Translations under genes and position numbers: made by a program
Shown: positions 15,858 through 28,797 of the stretch, piece after piece
Numbering within the stretch: the first letter of the stretch is position 1
Layout of the letters: the number at the start of each line of letters is the position of its first letter
NCBI GenBank assembly: GCA_029717555.1
Contig: JAMDHS010000103.1
Location: 1 to 64,000, forward strand
Length of the DNA stretch: 64,000 bases
Reading direction: 5' to 3'
Source: Peribolospora baueri
Lineage: Eukaryota
The notes under the pieces: model-generated
Seen by the model: only the letters and a program-made list of their open reading frames with translations
Told to the model about the DNA's origin: nothing
Databases searched by the model: none

Positions 15858-15912
15858 TTGGACTTGGATTTGGACTTGGATTTCGACTTCGACTTTTGAC
15901 TTTGACTTGGAC
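15858..15912. repeat. Degenerate hexamer repeat (TTGGAC/TTGGAT/TTCGAC/TTTGAC) in 3' intergenic region
   Basis: About nine consecutive TTNGAY units. Confidence 0.75.
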
Positions 15913-16667
15913 CTTTTGGCCCAGCCCGACGACATACGTACGACAACCCCCAAGGCTTCGTTCGGTGTCGTCGCCGGCAGAGATCAAGGAGCGTGGCGTG
16001 TATGTATGTAGGCTTAATATCAGACAAGTTAGTATCCGTTGATACGATGCGAAAGATGCCGAATGGAGCAGACGGTCGCGCGGTCGCGGCGCCCCGACGC
16101 GAAGGGGAAGGAAGGGCACGGGAACGGGAGGAAAAGCTTGGTATTCCCACCGACGAGAGAAAGAGGGACGAAGCCCAAGCGAGACACGATGACACGGCCC
16201 GGAACGTGGAAGACGGAAAGACAGAAAGACAGGAGGAGGGGCGGGGAAGGAACGGAGGGGGAAGTGGACGGTATGCCATGCATAGTACATGTCGCGGCGA
16301 AACGAACTAACTTTGGGATATAGAATCGAGCATACAGAGATGAAAAATCGACCGCGGGTAGGGAAAACGAAACGAAATCGAAACGCGGCCGAGAACTCGA
16401 GGGAGCAAACCGATGACGGACGGGAGGGAAGGCGAACGGTCGTGCGGAAGCGGGTAGGAGTACAGAAATTGTGCGAACGACTCGAAACGGGACAGGTGAG
16501 ATGCTGGAGAGGATGAAGAGGGGACTGCGTGCCTGTCGGTCGACATGGGACATGGGGCGGGCTGAAGACGACCGAGCGCGAAATGAGATTGGAAAAAAAC
16601 AAACGGGACGAGAGAGCTGCGAGGGGCGAGAAGGGGAGGCGGAGAGTAACGAAAGCGCGCGCTGCTT

Positions 16668-19600
16668 TCATGGGGCAAAACTCCAAATGCGAACGTCCCC
16701 GTCGTCGGACGATCCGCTGAGAATCTTGTCGTCGCCCAGCGCGACACATGTCACCGCCCCTCGGTGGCCCACGAGCGTGTTAAGGCATCGTCCCGAATCT
16801 TTGTCCCAGACCTGCACGGACGCGTCGGTGAGGTGAGGTGGGATTCGGGTCGGTGAGAAAAAGAGACAAACGAGATTGACCCAGCAGGAACGGAAGACGC
16901 GGCACTGGCCACCTGTAAACCCACCTTAATCGTCCGATCATGGCTCGCGCTCACGAGCCTGAGCTTATCAACGTCGATGGCCCATACGCCTTCGACGTGG
17001 CCAAAGAGCGTACGGAGACACCTGCCCGTGCGAACGTCCCAGACCTTGATGGTGTTGTCGAGGCTACCTGAGATGAGGATAGGGATCGGACCGGTCTCCT
17101 CCTCCGCCTCCTCCTCCTCCTCCTCCTCCTCCGCTCCTTCCTCATCCAGCTCTTGTCCTTCTCCGTCCGACATCTCCCAGTCCTCTCTTGCCCCCAGCGT
17201 CGACGACCTGGCGTAGTTCATCGAAAGCGACGGGTGCGCCAGCTGCTGTGGACGTTGTTGTGTCGAGCAACGACCTCCCGCCAAGCCTGCCTTCTGCGGG
17301 TACAGCGGGTACAGACGGGCATGAACGCGAGCCAGGACGGGGTTGAACCGAGGATCGTCAGAGGACGTTCCCGCCGCGCTAGGAGATCCAGACCCAAAGC
17401 GTCTGACACCGCCACCGCCACCGCCATCGCCGAACCCGCCGTTCTGTTGACCTGACGAGCCACTGAAGAGATCATCAGAACGAGCAAAGGTGGAAAGGAG
17501 GTCGCTGTTGAGAGAAGACCTGTAGTATGGAGGGCCGGCGAACGTGGACGATGTCGCGGCCGAGCCTCCCATCGAGGACTGCGCCAGCGGCCCACCGGCG
17601 GGGATGACCGAGCAACCGTTGGCGTTTGCTCCTGCAGACGTGTTCACCGAGGAAAACGAAGGAGGTGAAGTCGAAGAGAAGAGAGACGCCATGGCTGGAA
17701 CGTCGCCGCCATCGAAGGCAAAGTGCTCACTGGGGTCAGGTGAGAAGTAGTCCGGTCTCAAGCTCCGAGCTTCCCATCCTCCGAGACCATTATCCCCAAC
17801 GCCAGCGCCGCCTCCGTCCGTAGCGACTTGCTTGCCTTTCTTTCCACGTCGACCGCTCCTGCTCCCGCTTTCAGACTCTCCTTCGCGTCCACCTCCCATG
17901 TCCTCCTGATGCCTCTCGACCATGACGACGCGGATGCTCTGGACCTGCCCCACGTGTCCCTCGTATACAAGCAGACACTCGCGCTTCGCCAGGTCCCAGA
18001 GTCGGATCGTGCCGTCGTCCGAGGCCGAGAAGAGGAATTTGTCCGGGGAAGACGGTGGAATCGACATAGAAGAACCTGTACCGGCGGCGGACGACTGAGA
18101 GGTGGAGGCGGGCGGGACGTCCTGATCCATAGTGGAAATGGGCGAGAGCGAGCGAGATGGGCGAGTACGGGGCCCGAGGGAAGAAGCACGGTGGTTGAGC
18201 ATGGAGGACGATGACGACGGGTGGCCTTCTACACCGTTCGCCGTCCCTAAGCTGCTCCCGCCAGCGTCCTTGACGTGGGCCCCCGAGCTGCTTGAACCGC
18301 AAGAAGGCCCGGCCCAAATCGTGACTGCGTTGACCCAATCGCGATGTCCACGAAGGGTGTAGCACTCTCCAGTTCTGAAATTCCACACTTTGATGGTGCT
18401 ATCCGCGCTCCCACTGACGAGCGTGTTGTCATCGAAGTGAAGGCACACTATCCCGTCGGTGTGTCCTTCGAGCGTACGAATGAGGTCCCCGGTCCTCCAG
18501 TTCCAGATCTTGAGCGTGCGATCCATGCTGCCCGTGATGAGCTTGGCCTCATCAAACTGCAGACACCGTACGCCACGCGTGTGACCCTTTAGCACGCGGA
18601 GCACCTCGCCCGTCTCGAGGTTCCAGACGCGTGCGGTGCGGTCGTAAGATCCTGTGATGAGGATGGGAAAGCTAGGGTGGAGGAGTTGCTCACTGAACTG
18701 GAGGCACATGATGCCATCCGTGTGTCCTTTGAGAGTGCGTAGCGTATACCGCCCGCGCCGCCAGTTGCGCTCAAGAAGGAGTCGCTCGCAGTAGACGTCC
18801 TTCCAAGGCCGCGTGAGAGGTGGTGGTGGAGTTGCCGTGTCCACCAAGACCATGGAGGAGGAAGAACGAGCGGATGGAGAAATATTGCGAGAACCGACGT
18901 GTCCTGAAGGTGAGACGGCACGCGAAGCGGGGCGAGACGATCCCGCTCGGGAGGAGCTCGAGCAATGACGCTTTGCCGGTGGCGCGTCCACAACGACACC
19001 TTCCCCGTTAACTCCGGCGGCCACGGCAGCAGAAGGGGAAGACGCCTCAATGGCCATGGTACCGTTTGCAGCAGCGGATCGAGCATGGGCAGCGGCGTTG
19101 GCGGCGGCCGTTACGATGCGCTTGACGGAGCCTGGGCCGGCGCCGTCGACGGGCGTAGACGCGCCGGAGGGAAGAAGGCCATCCGAAAATTGACGGTAAC
19201 CGGCGGTAATGGGGACGGTGGCGCCGGCAGGAGTTCTCAACCTCCTCTTCTTCTCGAGCAGAGGCAGACCCCAGCCGCACTTCTGGCACTTGCGCTCAAT
19301 GTGCTGCTCGCACATATTCCTCCACAGAAGATCGTCATCTGCGAGCTCCTTCCAACCTCTGCTGACCTGCGCCGCGCGGCCGAGGGAAATGGCGTCAAGG
19401 TATCCGAGAACCTTGAGGGAGATCTCGCGGGGAAAAAGGGAGAAAGGGTCGATGCGAATGGCCAGGGCGAGTTCCTGGGAGAGGAAGGAGAGCTGGCTGA
19501 AGCAGCATATAGTGAGGAGGCCTTGGAGGATGATGGAGCGCCTACGATGAGGCGAGGAGGAGAAGAGCGTCCAGACGGTGTTGACCGCTTGCTGATCAGC

Positions 19601-20100
19601 CAGTGGCAAGGACTCGATCGACTGCGAGAGGGAAAGAAGGGAGACAATATGCGGAGAAGGCGAGTCGTCAACGCGCCGTCCTGACGAGCACGTTACCTCG
19701 GCCATGAACCCATCTGCGCCGAATCGCTCTAAGTCCGCCAAATACGTCGCCACCCGGAACGCAGGCTGCACTCCTGTCCGCGACTCACCTTCTGCAGTTT
19801 CAACGTTGTCCCCTCATCTGCCATCCTCTGGTGCCGGACACAAAGCTCCCTCGAAGCCAGCGGAAGGAGAGGAGTGGACACGCTCTGCGTACTCTCCATG
19901 GGCAGGCCATCGGCACCGGAGTGCCAGCCATTGGAATTGGCGCCCTTGTCAATGGTCGACGAGACGGCGTTGGTCTTGGAACGTCGGTCGTGATCATCAT
20001 GGCAGCTGTGGTTACTCGCTTCCATCGTGGAGAAGTCGGCGCCGGGGACCCTGGGTTCAGTGGAAGCGTACGGGTGGCGTCGATCTGAGTCGGCATTCAT
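16668..20100 (-). CDS. sconB: F-box/WD40 SCF substrate receptor, sulfur controller SconB/Met30/Scon-2 (3 exons)
   Basis: LCVRHQRMAD, ILQGLLTICCFSQLS, F-box (FPREISLKVLGYLDAISLGRAAQVS), MCEQHIERKCQKCGWGLPLL and multiple GH...WD repeats; last exon ends ...RIWSFAP*. Confidence 0.95.
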
Positions 20101-21301
20101 GGCGTGCAAGATAGCTCGTCGACGGGTCGGCCGTGGTTGGTGGTGGTGGAAGAGGATAAACCGTCCGTCGGTGGGTCCGCCACCGTCGCCGACGCCGACG
20201 CTGGGGCAGATAAGAGGAGACGGGGGAGGCGGAGTGAAGACGGAGGCAAAGGGGGAGGGTATGTAATTTATGCAACCCAGGTGGGGGCGTGCTTGTTTGG
20301 AAGTAGAGTGACAAGAAGGCTTCGTCGGTGGAGGGCAAAGACGCGACCCGCCGTCGACCTCTATTCTATGCCTATTGTCCCTGCGGCAATGGCGAATCGG
20401 GCGAGGGCCAAGGTGTGACGGTGGAGCAGGGCGCGAGGGACTACCGCAGCACCCGAAATTGCCGTTATTGACCTCAACTGGTTTGAAATGGGGATATTAC
20501 GGAACTGTATAATCGGCCACCGCTCCACCACCGGCGGGCGACGGCACGCCATTGTCGGCGCCATTCGAGATCGAGATAGCGAAGACGATAGCCGACCATG
20601 CATCCAACGCCATCCATTTAGGCCATGCATCGTGTTTGTTTTTACAAGTTTTTCTTTGGTTTGTTTCGTCTGCACCGTTGCAGATTCATTTGTCCTCACT
20701 TGCAGTTGCCACTCCGCCTCGTACAAGATGAATGAGCTACGCCTTGCCTGTCGCTCCGACGGTTGCTGGAGTGCCAGTGGCGTGTTCTAGGAGAGGGTGT
20801 GAACGTGGCCCAGAGGACAGTCCCAGTCTCGACCACCCATGACGTTCCCCTCTTCCCTACCGCTTCCCGCCTTGTCTTCCTGTCGTGTCGCTCCTCCATG
20901 CCTGCCTTTTCATCCTCGTTTCCGGCCCTTTTCTCCCGCGTCCCGATCGGTCAACAAATGGCGCCGTTCATGGGCAGTGACGTGCAAGCACGCCATTTCG
21001 CTCGGGATGATCACACCGGTCTCCTAGACGACTACCAGAGTAATCTCCTGCCAGACTACCCACAGAAATGAACTGCACTACTGTAATTAGAATCGAAGCC
21101 TCGCACCCGACTCGGGCCTTTCCTGACATGTCGTGCCACCTCGCAAGACACGGCGGGGCGCTGAAAGTGGAAGGAAGGGGTTGGAAAGGACCTCGCACGG
21201 TCCGCGAATTGCCGCAGTCTCACGTGACATGACGCCAGGTCCAGACGGCGATCTATCGCTCGAGAACGACGACAGCCGACGAAACCCATCTCTGGTGAAG
21301 C

Positions 21302-22901
21302 ATGTCAGGCACCAAGCTGTCCTTCGGCTTCAAGAAGGCCGCCCTGTCTGCGAAAGCGGCCCCGCCCGTCAAGGCGCCAAAGCCGCCCGCGTTTGCAGAT
21401 GGGGACGACGACGAAGAAGTGAACGCCGGAGGCGGCGGCCCATTCACCTCCTCCTCCGCCAAGGCGAGCGGCAAGGGCAAATCCAAGCTCGCCTCGGTCT
21501 CTACACCTACTTCGGGCAGCCCGGCGCCATTGTCGAAGACGGAACGACAGAAACAGAAGGAGGCGCTGGAGGTGGACTCGACGGCTTTCAAGTACGACGA
21601 GGTGTACGACCAGATGAAGACCGTGGAGAGGAAGAGGGAGGAGGCAAGGAAGGAGGAGGCGAAGGAGAGGAAGGTCAGTCGATGCATATTTGTTTACCTC
21701 CTTCCCTTCTATTCCGCTAGCAGGCGGCCTCGAGCGATGGGGGCGAACCAGCGTCATCGGTCTGTCGCTAACCCTTCCCCGACCCCTTTCTCCCTCTCGC
21801 CTTCCCTACCCACTGTAGCCGAAATACATCGCCAACTTCTTCGCCGCGGCCGAGCAACGCAAGTCAGACCGGCTACGAGCAGAGGCGAAGCTTATCCAAC
21901 GCGAGAGGGAGGCAGAAGGGGACGAGTTCGCGGACAAGGAACAGTTCGTCACGGATGCGTATCGGAAACAGCAGGAGGAGCTCAAGAAGGCAGAGGAGGA
22001 GGAGGAGAAGAGGGAGGGTGAGTCAGGCGACCGGTCGTCCTACACCATCGATTGATTGTTCCACCTTTGTCCATCCCGACAAGGCTTGCGCTGCTAACAT
22101 GCTTCATACTCACGTACCTCTGTTTCGGTTCTCGACGTCTTCGCCGCAGCACAACAACGCATCAAAAACAGAGGCGTGGCCGCCTTTTATCGAAATCTGA
22201 TGGAAAAGGCGGCAGAAGAACACGACGCCGCCGTGGCCGCCACTCTAGAAAAACCTATCGAAGCTGGAGCTGGAGTGTCGCCGGGCCCGAGCGGAAAGAT
22301 CTCGAGGCCCGTGCAAGGGCCCGCTTCACGAGGTCCGTCCACGTCTGACGAGAAGGAAGGTGGCGCGGGCGGGGATGAGCAAGTTGCGTCGGACTTGAAG
22401 TTGGCGGACGAAGCACGGAAACGAGGGTTGACAGTAGAGCTAAACGACGACAACCAGATCGTCGACCGACGAGATTTACTGGTCGCCGGCCTCAACTTTA
22501 CGGCTCAGGGCAAGAACGTGTTCGCCGAGAGGGCCAAGGCTAGGGCGGAGGCTGCGGCGAAGGAGCGGGCTGAACGGGAAGCGGAAGACGCAAGAGGGAC
22601 GGGCGGGCCGGGCGCTGGGATGGGGTATGCGAACAGCCGCGCGGCAAAGGAGGAGAGCAGGGCGAGGCAGAGCAGGCTGATCGAGGAGCAGATGATAGAG
22701 CTGGAGAGGAAGAGGGCGAGAGAGGAGGAGGAGGAGCACCGGAGGGGTAAGGAGAAGTTGGAGAGGAGAAACAAGGAGGAGGACGTCAGGAGTGCGAGGG
22801 AGAGATATCTCGAGAGGAAGAAGAAGGCCGAGGAGGAAAGGAAGAGGAAAGAGCAAGAGAGGGCGGAGCTGTTGGCAGACATCGAGATGGCTTCCTCGTG
22901 A
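21302..22901 (+). CDS. NSRP1: Nuclear speckle splicing regulatory protein 1 / CCDC55 (DUF2040) homologue (3 exons)
   Basis: AFKYDEVYDQMK...RK|PKYIANFFAAAEQRKSDRLRAEAKLIQREREAEGDEFADKEQFVTDAYRKQ and C-terminal SARERYLERK. Confidence 0.88.
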
Positions 22902-23069
22902 CCTCTGCGCGCGCCGACATGTATTCATCTCAATGTAAGACTATTGGCGGGGAGAAGGTGCTCAACGTCCCAGCTCGTTGCACCGCGCTAGAATGGCCGT
23001 CCATGATCCACACCTCTATTATACAAACTGTCACCGAATCCAATACATGAAATACACCCGAGCGCTCGA

Positions 23070-24795
23070 TCAGAAGCCGTACTTGCGACCCGCTTCTCGC
23101 TTGTTGTTCCTGTGCAAGGTACGACAGACGTGAAAGCGGACATGGTAACACATGTCCCAAAAGGTTCACACGTGAGGGGAGGTCTCCAGATGAAACGACA
23201 GAGAAAAAAAAAGCGTGCCTTCGAAAACCCGACAGAAAACGTACCTCCCCTGTGCATACTTTTCCTCGAGCTCGGCGCGGTTCTCGAAAGCTTGAGTAAG
23301 GAGGCTGCTGAGCTGGCCCCGTTGACGCGCTCGGTTGCCTGATTTCCCGGGAGCCTGTGCCACGGTGGATCGCATCACAGAATGAGCAAAGAAATTAAGT
23401 GAAGTAAAATAGAGTGGAAATTTGGGTCAGATGACAAAGGATTCCAGGACATCGTCAGGCCAGTGCACACAATGTACAGTCGCAGAGAACCGCGAATGCT
23501 CACCTTAAACTGAGGCTTCTGGTCCTCGCCAACGAGAGCAGCGCCTCTAGCCCCTCCAGTTGCTGCTCCAGCGGCGACGGGAGGCCAGGCCACGTTCTCC
23601 AAGCGCTCGCCCTGTGCAGCATTGACCTCTACCAAATCGACACCTTCCAGCTCTCCCGCATCGAACGAGCCCGCACCGCCCGTCCGCATTCGCTTGCTTC
23701 CCACACCGTAGGTTCCTGTGCCACCTGCGCCCTCCGATTGGCTTTGATATACTTCCATCCATCTTCGATACGTCTCTTCGTCCTTCGCTTGCCACGTCCC
23801 GTCTGGGAGCTGATAGAAGCCGGGATAAGGGTCCGAGTCGGAAGGCGTCACGGAGTGGCTCGGCTTCTCCTCTAGCACCGGTGCCGCTGAGATTTTGAGT
23901 GAGCGCGATGGAGGGACTGAGGAGGAAGCAGGTGGGGTGGTAGACGGGGAAGAGATTGTGGTTCCTAAGATCACGAGACACGTGGGACAAAGTGTGCAAA
24001 AGGTCAGCAGCCGACGCCACCGGCGCACATCAGACCAAACCCCTGCCGTCCAGTTGCAAACGAGCATTTCTGCGGAAGCAGGCCAGGGCGCTCACCTAGG
24101 GAGAAAAAGTCGACGTTCGCCGCTGCCTTGGGCTTCGCTGGTTCGCTCCCGCCAGTTGTCGCTTCTTTACCAGCCCTCGCCGCTGAGGTCCTGCCCTTTC
24201 GGACAGAACTCGGCACCAAGCTAGTAGCCTTGGCTGGCTCCACCGGCTCTGCCTCCAGCTTTCCCGTCCCTTCACCGCCAATGCGCCCACCCTCCCCATC
24301 AGATCCAAACGTGGTCACTCCTAGGGAGGCCGGAGGTGGCTGAGAGGATGTTTTGGGCTTAACCACGGACTGGACAATCTTCTTTGGCGCTGGAAGCATG
24401 GAAAAAAGAGCAGAAGAGGGCTTGGGTTTGTGCCCGTCTTCATCTGGCCCTGAAGGAGACAGCCGGGGTTTCTTTGTCGCAGGAGCGGACGACGAAAGAT
24501 CTGCGCCATCGTCGGGCATGTCCTCCGGCTTCTCGATCGCAATCTTCACCGGCCCATCGCGTCGCTTCGCTCTTGCCTTTGGTGCGGGCAAGGATATGCC
24601 GATGCCTGTTTTCTTGGGAGCGGGAAAAGAGGCGGAGAGCGAGGACGAAGAAGTGGAAGGGCCGTCGGGAGTGGCAGCGGACGTGCCTGCGCCGCTCTCC
24701 TCGCCGTTCCCTCTGATGGAGGGCTGACGCGCAAGTCCGACCGGCTCGTCTGAGTCGGAATCGCTACCGTAGCCAGATACGAGAGACAATGACAT
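23070..24795 (-). CDS. PRCC-like proline-rich protein (MAD2B-interacting family)
   Basis: Starts MSLSLVSGYGSDSDSD; contains LPAPK repeats and DFFSL; spliced C-terminus RGQLSSLLTQAFENRAELEEKYAQGR|NNKREAGRKYGF* matches the PRCC C-terminal motif. Confidence 0.85.
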
Positions 24796-25146
24796 GGTCG
24801 TCGTTTGAGCGAGGTGGATGAGCAGCGAAGAAGCGGTGACTTCGCTGACCCAGCAGGGTATTGAGCTGATCATGATCAGCGTTGATCGCCGCCTAAGCCC
24901 GACCGTTAACAAGGAGCCTCACTGCCCGCGCCATGCGGAACGGCATGGTAGAGTGGGACGTGATGACGGACGTGACAGAGCAGCTCATCAAATCCACCCC
25001 CAACTACCTTCCCGAAGATGTGTAAATAGTCCGAGTTACAGCTGTCACTGCCTTGAAAGGGGAGGTCTGCACACGGCAGATATGCGCTGCACGGCGTCTC
25101 GAGCCGCGATGAAACGTCGAGCAGAAATCAATAGGGCTGCGTCTCC

Positions 25147-26220
25147 TCACTCCTCGAACAGTCGCACAATTTCGCCCTTCTCCCTCTCCACAACCTCCCA
25201 AGCCTCCCTCTGCACCTCCGACGCAACCTCCTCCATGCTTCGCCCTGCGTCAACCGTCCGCCATAGCGAACGTCTTTTCGTAGTGCTGGCGCTTGGTCCG
25301 CCCGAAGCCGCTCCCATCTCCTCCCCGATGCGGGCGAAGACCTTGCGTACCTCGGCCTGCATGGCCTCCGTCTCGTAGCGCTCGGCGCCATAGCCCCCGC
25401 GCTGGGCCGCAATTTCTGAGGAAAGGTCGAGGAAGAGGACTAGGTCTGGAGAGGGGAGGCCAATGTCTGGGGAGCGGCACCAGGAGTAGTCGAGGCCCTT
25501 GAGTGCGGATAACCGGCGGAAGGGAGAGGACGCGCAGATGAACAAGCAGATGTCGTGAGGTTTCAGCGGGTGCGACTCCAGCTAGGCCGCTGGGAGAGGT
25601 GACGCGGCTCACCTTGGCAGCGGAGAAGGCTATACCGGAGAAAGCGTATCTATCGGCAACGATGGTCGTGCCTTCCATCAGATCGCGCTGGATAGATTGT
25701 CTTCCGGGCCAGCCGAAGTGCGATACGAAGAAGACAGAAGAAGCGTCGACGTGCGCCCACACGACCACGACCCTTTCCTTCACCTGCAAACTCACGCGAG
25801 CTCCCATCGGTTCGCAGAGAACAAGAGGTGAATGGCGCGACCGTCGAGCTCAGCTCTTTGTCCAAGATAAGCGTCGATCATGCGTCCTGTCGCCGTCGTG
25901 CGGTCTACGCTGTGCGCACGTCGTGAGATTCCGTGGTCAGCTTGGGTCAATGTGACATCGGGAGTGCGCGTCCGTTGCCAATGCGTTCAGGAGCAAGGAC
26001 CGCTAAAGATCGAAACGAAAACGAACAAAAGAAAGGAGAGTGGACACGCTGACACGGTACACGTACCCGGAAACTTGATCGCCTTCGCCCTCTTTCCCCG
26101 AGCGTTCAGGACCTCGACGAGCCGGGCGCACTGAGTCGATTTTCCGGAGCGGTCGAGACCTTCAAGAACAATAAAGGCACCTCTTCGGGCGCCTGTCATT
26201 CTGGGCTGGAAGGTGCCCAT
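25147..26220 (-). CDS. CDC8: Thymidylate kinase (multi-exon)
   Basis: RGAFIVLEGLDRSGKSTQ (P-loop), KFP|DRTT, IHLLFSANRWE, DRYAFSGIAFSAAK, GLPSPDLVLFLD, GYGAERYE. Confidence 0.95.
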
Positions 26221-27043
26221 CTTCGTCGTAGACGAGCCGCCTGGTGAAGGGTTGGACGGAGGAATGAGTGACGAGTCGAGCCGTTCCGGAGACGCGTGAA
26301 ATACAAGGACGCGTCGTGTAGGTCGATTATGTAATTATTCTATGCCGACAGAGACCAGTTTTGTACTGGACGATTGAGACCAGTCGTCACCACCGCTTCC
26401 TAGCAGCACACAGGATGCCCATGCGCGACCGTTCGTTTCCTGAACCCTCATGTGCGGCGCCGTGACGGTCGCTCTTGCTGAGAAAAGCGCCGTCTCGTGT
26501 CCCGATTCCGACGGCTGGCCACTAACACAAAACACAACTGGCGCCTTCGAGAACGAGATCAAAAGGTGTACGATGCAGCCGTGGATACGCTCTCTGGGGC
26601 CTCGACAAAGTCGAGGCGTCTGTAGCCAGGATCGAAGGGCTTGGCCTATTTATGTATGTCTTTGGAAAGGTCGAATTGACAATCGCGTTGTAGTCATTAG
26701 GTATGGCCGCAGCACGCGATCACGTGCCTTGCTTGAATGATCTTCGCACGGCGTGCGCCGCGAAGACCGGAAGCGCCGGTGGGCGGGCCGGCCGACTGGA
26801 GGAGGTCAGCTCAGGCTAGGATCGTCAGCATTCGGACCTGCTTCGCATACCTCGTTCGCTTGAGACCAGCCAGGTCGCCCATCTCCTCGAGGTTCACCCC
26901 GGCTCGAGCCTTCTCTTTCCTCTGTCTCCGTTGCGCTCTTCTTCCTGTTTCGGCTGACTGCCTCCCCGGCCAGGCTCCCACCGCCTCACTCCGTCCACCC
27001 CACCTCCCTCCCTCGCCTACCGTCACCTCAAACATTGACCACC

Positions 27044-28276
27044 ATGGCGACCCACCGCGAAGCCAAATTCCCCGACGTTCCCTTCAGGGAGCCCGCCCGC
27101 ATGCCCTCTGACGTTCCCCACGTTGACGAGGTGGGCACCACTTCAGCTCCGCTCAAAAGTGCCGCATTCTTCATCGGCGCGCATTGCAAGGACTACAATG
27201 GTGCGTCTCCACTTGGTTTGGACAAGTCGAGGGCGGAGCGAGGTCTTTTGGCTGGGAAATATTTGGTGGGATCAGGCTGGCTGGGCTATAAGAGATACAG
27301 AGGCAGCGACCATACGGAGCGAACGAGACGGGCGCATGATCGTGAAGAGAGTGGGGCTGCAAGATGGAGGGGAGAGGACGAGACGAGGAAACGAAGGGCT
27401 CGCGGTGCGTTGCGTTGCGTCGTTGCCAGTATTAAATAGCGCTTCTTCTGTCCCTTTCTTCCTTCGCTTTCTCTCCCTTGCTTGACCGCTCCTGCGGCAC
27501 GTCGCCCACAGAGGATTTCATGCTCTGCAAGGCCGAGAACCCGGACCCGGCTCACTGCCTCAAGGAGGGCCGGCGAGTGACGCGTTGTGCGCAGGATCTG
27601 TGAGTTGATTGATTTTCTGGGCTGCCCTGCTACTGTCTATTCGGTTCCATGGTATTTTTCCGGCCCGGAGCGGCTGTCAGAGGAATTGAGCTTTAGGGTT
27701 GCCGTGTTGCGCGCGCACTCACCGGACACATCACGAGTAACTGATCAAAGGCGAGCGTGCCAATGCTGACGTTGCCTGAAATCTCTTCCTCGTCGGCGGG
27801 ACTGCGCAGCATCCGGAAGCTTGGAGAAAGTTGTGGAAAGCAATGGGAGGACCACTGGCAGTGCTTGGAAAAGAACAACCAGGTGCGTGAGCGCCCACTG
27901 GCCTCATCCACCTTCAATCATCGGAATGCAATTTCATGCGACAAGGATCGCAACTAGGTGATTGACTGACATGGCTTATACACTTCCGTAACGTCGTGCT
28001 CTCGTCCTCGTCGCGCGTTCAGGAGCTCCACAAGTGCCGGAAACCAGAACGGACGTTGAACCAGTGTGTCTTCGAGAAGCTGGTGAGCAATTCGGATACC
28101 GATTTTACGTCTGCCGAGGGACGCGTTGCGGGCGAACTACATCGTCCCTTCGTCGCGCTCACGACCGATCCCACCCAATCCGGCAGAACCTGGTCAAGAA
28201 CATCCCCGGCTCACCAGAAGGGCAGCCCCAGGTCCACGAGAAGAAGAGCCCTATCTACCGCGGCGGCCAGAAGTGA
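27044..28276 (+). CDS. NDUFA8: NADH:ubiquinone oxidoreductase 20.8 kDa subunit (twin CX9C; 5 exons)
   Basis: VDEVGTTSAPLKSAAFFIGAHCKDYN|EDFMLCKAENPDPAHCLKEGRRVTRCA...HWQCLEKNNQ|ELHKCRKPERTLNQCVFEKL|NLVKNIPGSP. Confidence 0.95.
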
Positions 28277-28797
28277 TAGGACGAAGAGAAACTGTGGCCT
28301 GCGAGGGGCGGTCTGCGATTGCCCGTCTCTCTCATTCCCCCGGCTCCTCCCTCTCCTTGCACGGCATCATCGCCCAACCTTCCCCCTCCATTTCTTTCCG
28401 TGGAAAGCAGCTCCGTGGAAAGTAGCATGTATGCTCGGTATCCTAAGATCAACTGACTGCGAAGTAGAGAACCGTTACTTAGGAAGAAGTATCTCTACTG
28501 TCGGGGATCCCTGGAGATCCCCGGACGTACCCGGAAACCCATAGCGTCCGATGCCGGCTATTGATATTCCGGTTATCTCCGCGTTAACGGCCCGCCGAAA
28601 TGACCCATTCGTCATCTGATTGCCGCCGAGATGGAAGAGATCGCCACCTCGACTCACGACCTTCCCATTTCCCGCGACGACCGCGCTCCATCCAGACCAT
28701 CCCAATTATCGCCAGCATCGTCACACATCCCGTTTACGACTCTAGTTTTACGACTCTAGTACCACCCAAAAAAGTCTTTCCGAAAAGCCTATACGCC

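Noticed and set aside
14970..16749. Long antisense or overlapping ORFs (327 and 372 aa)
   Set aside because: Shadows of real genes and UTRs; only 16668-16749 is used, as part of the last sconB exon in another frame.
28733..28760. Perfect 14-bp tandem repeat (tttacgactctagt x2) upstream of ISU1
   Set aside because: Real, but only two short copies and no known motif; most likely simple slippage.
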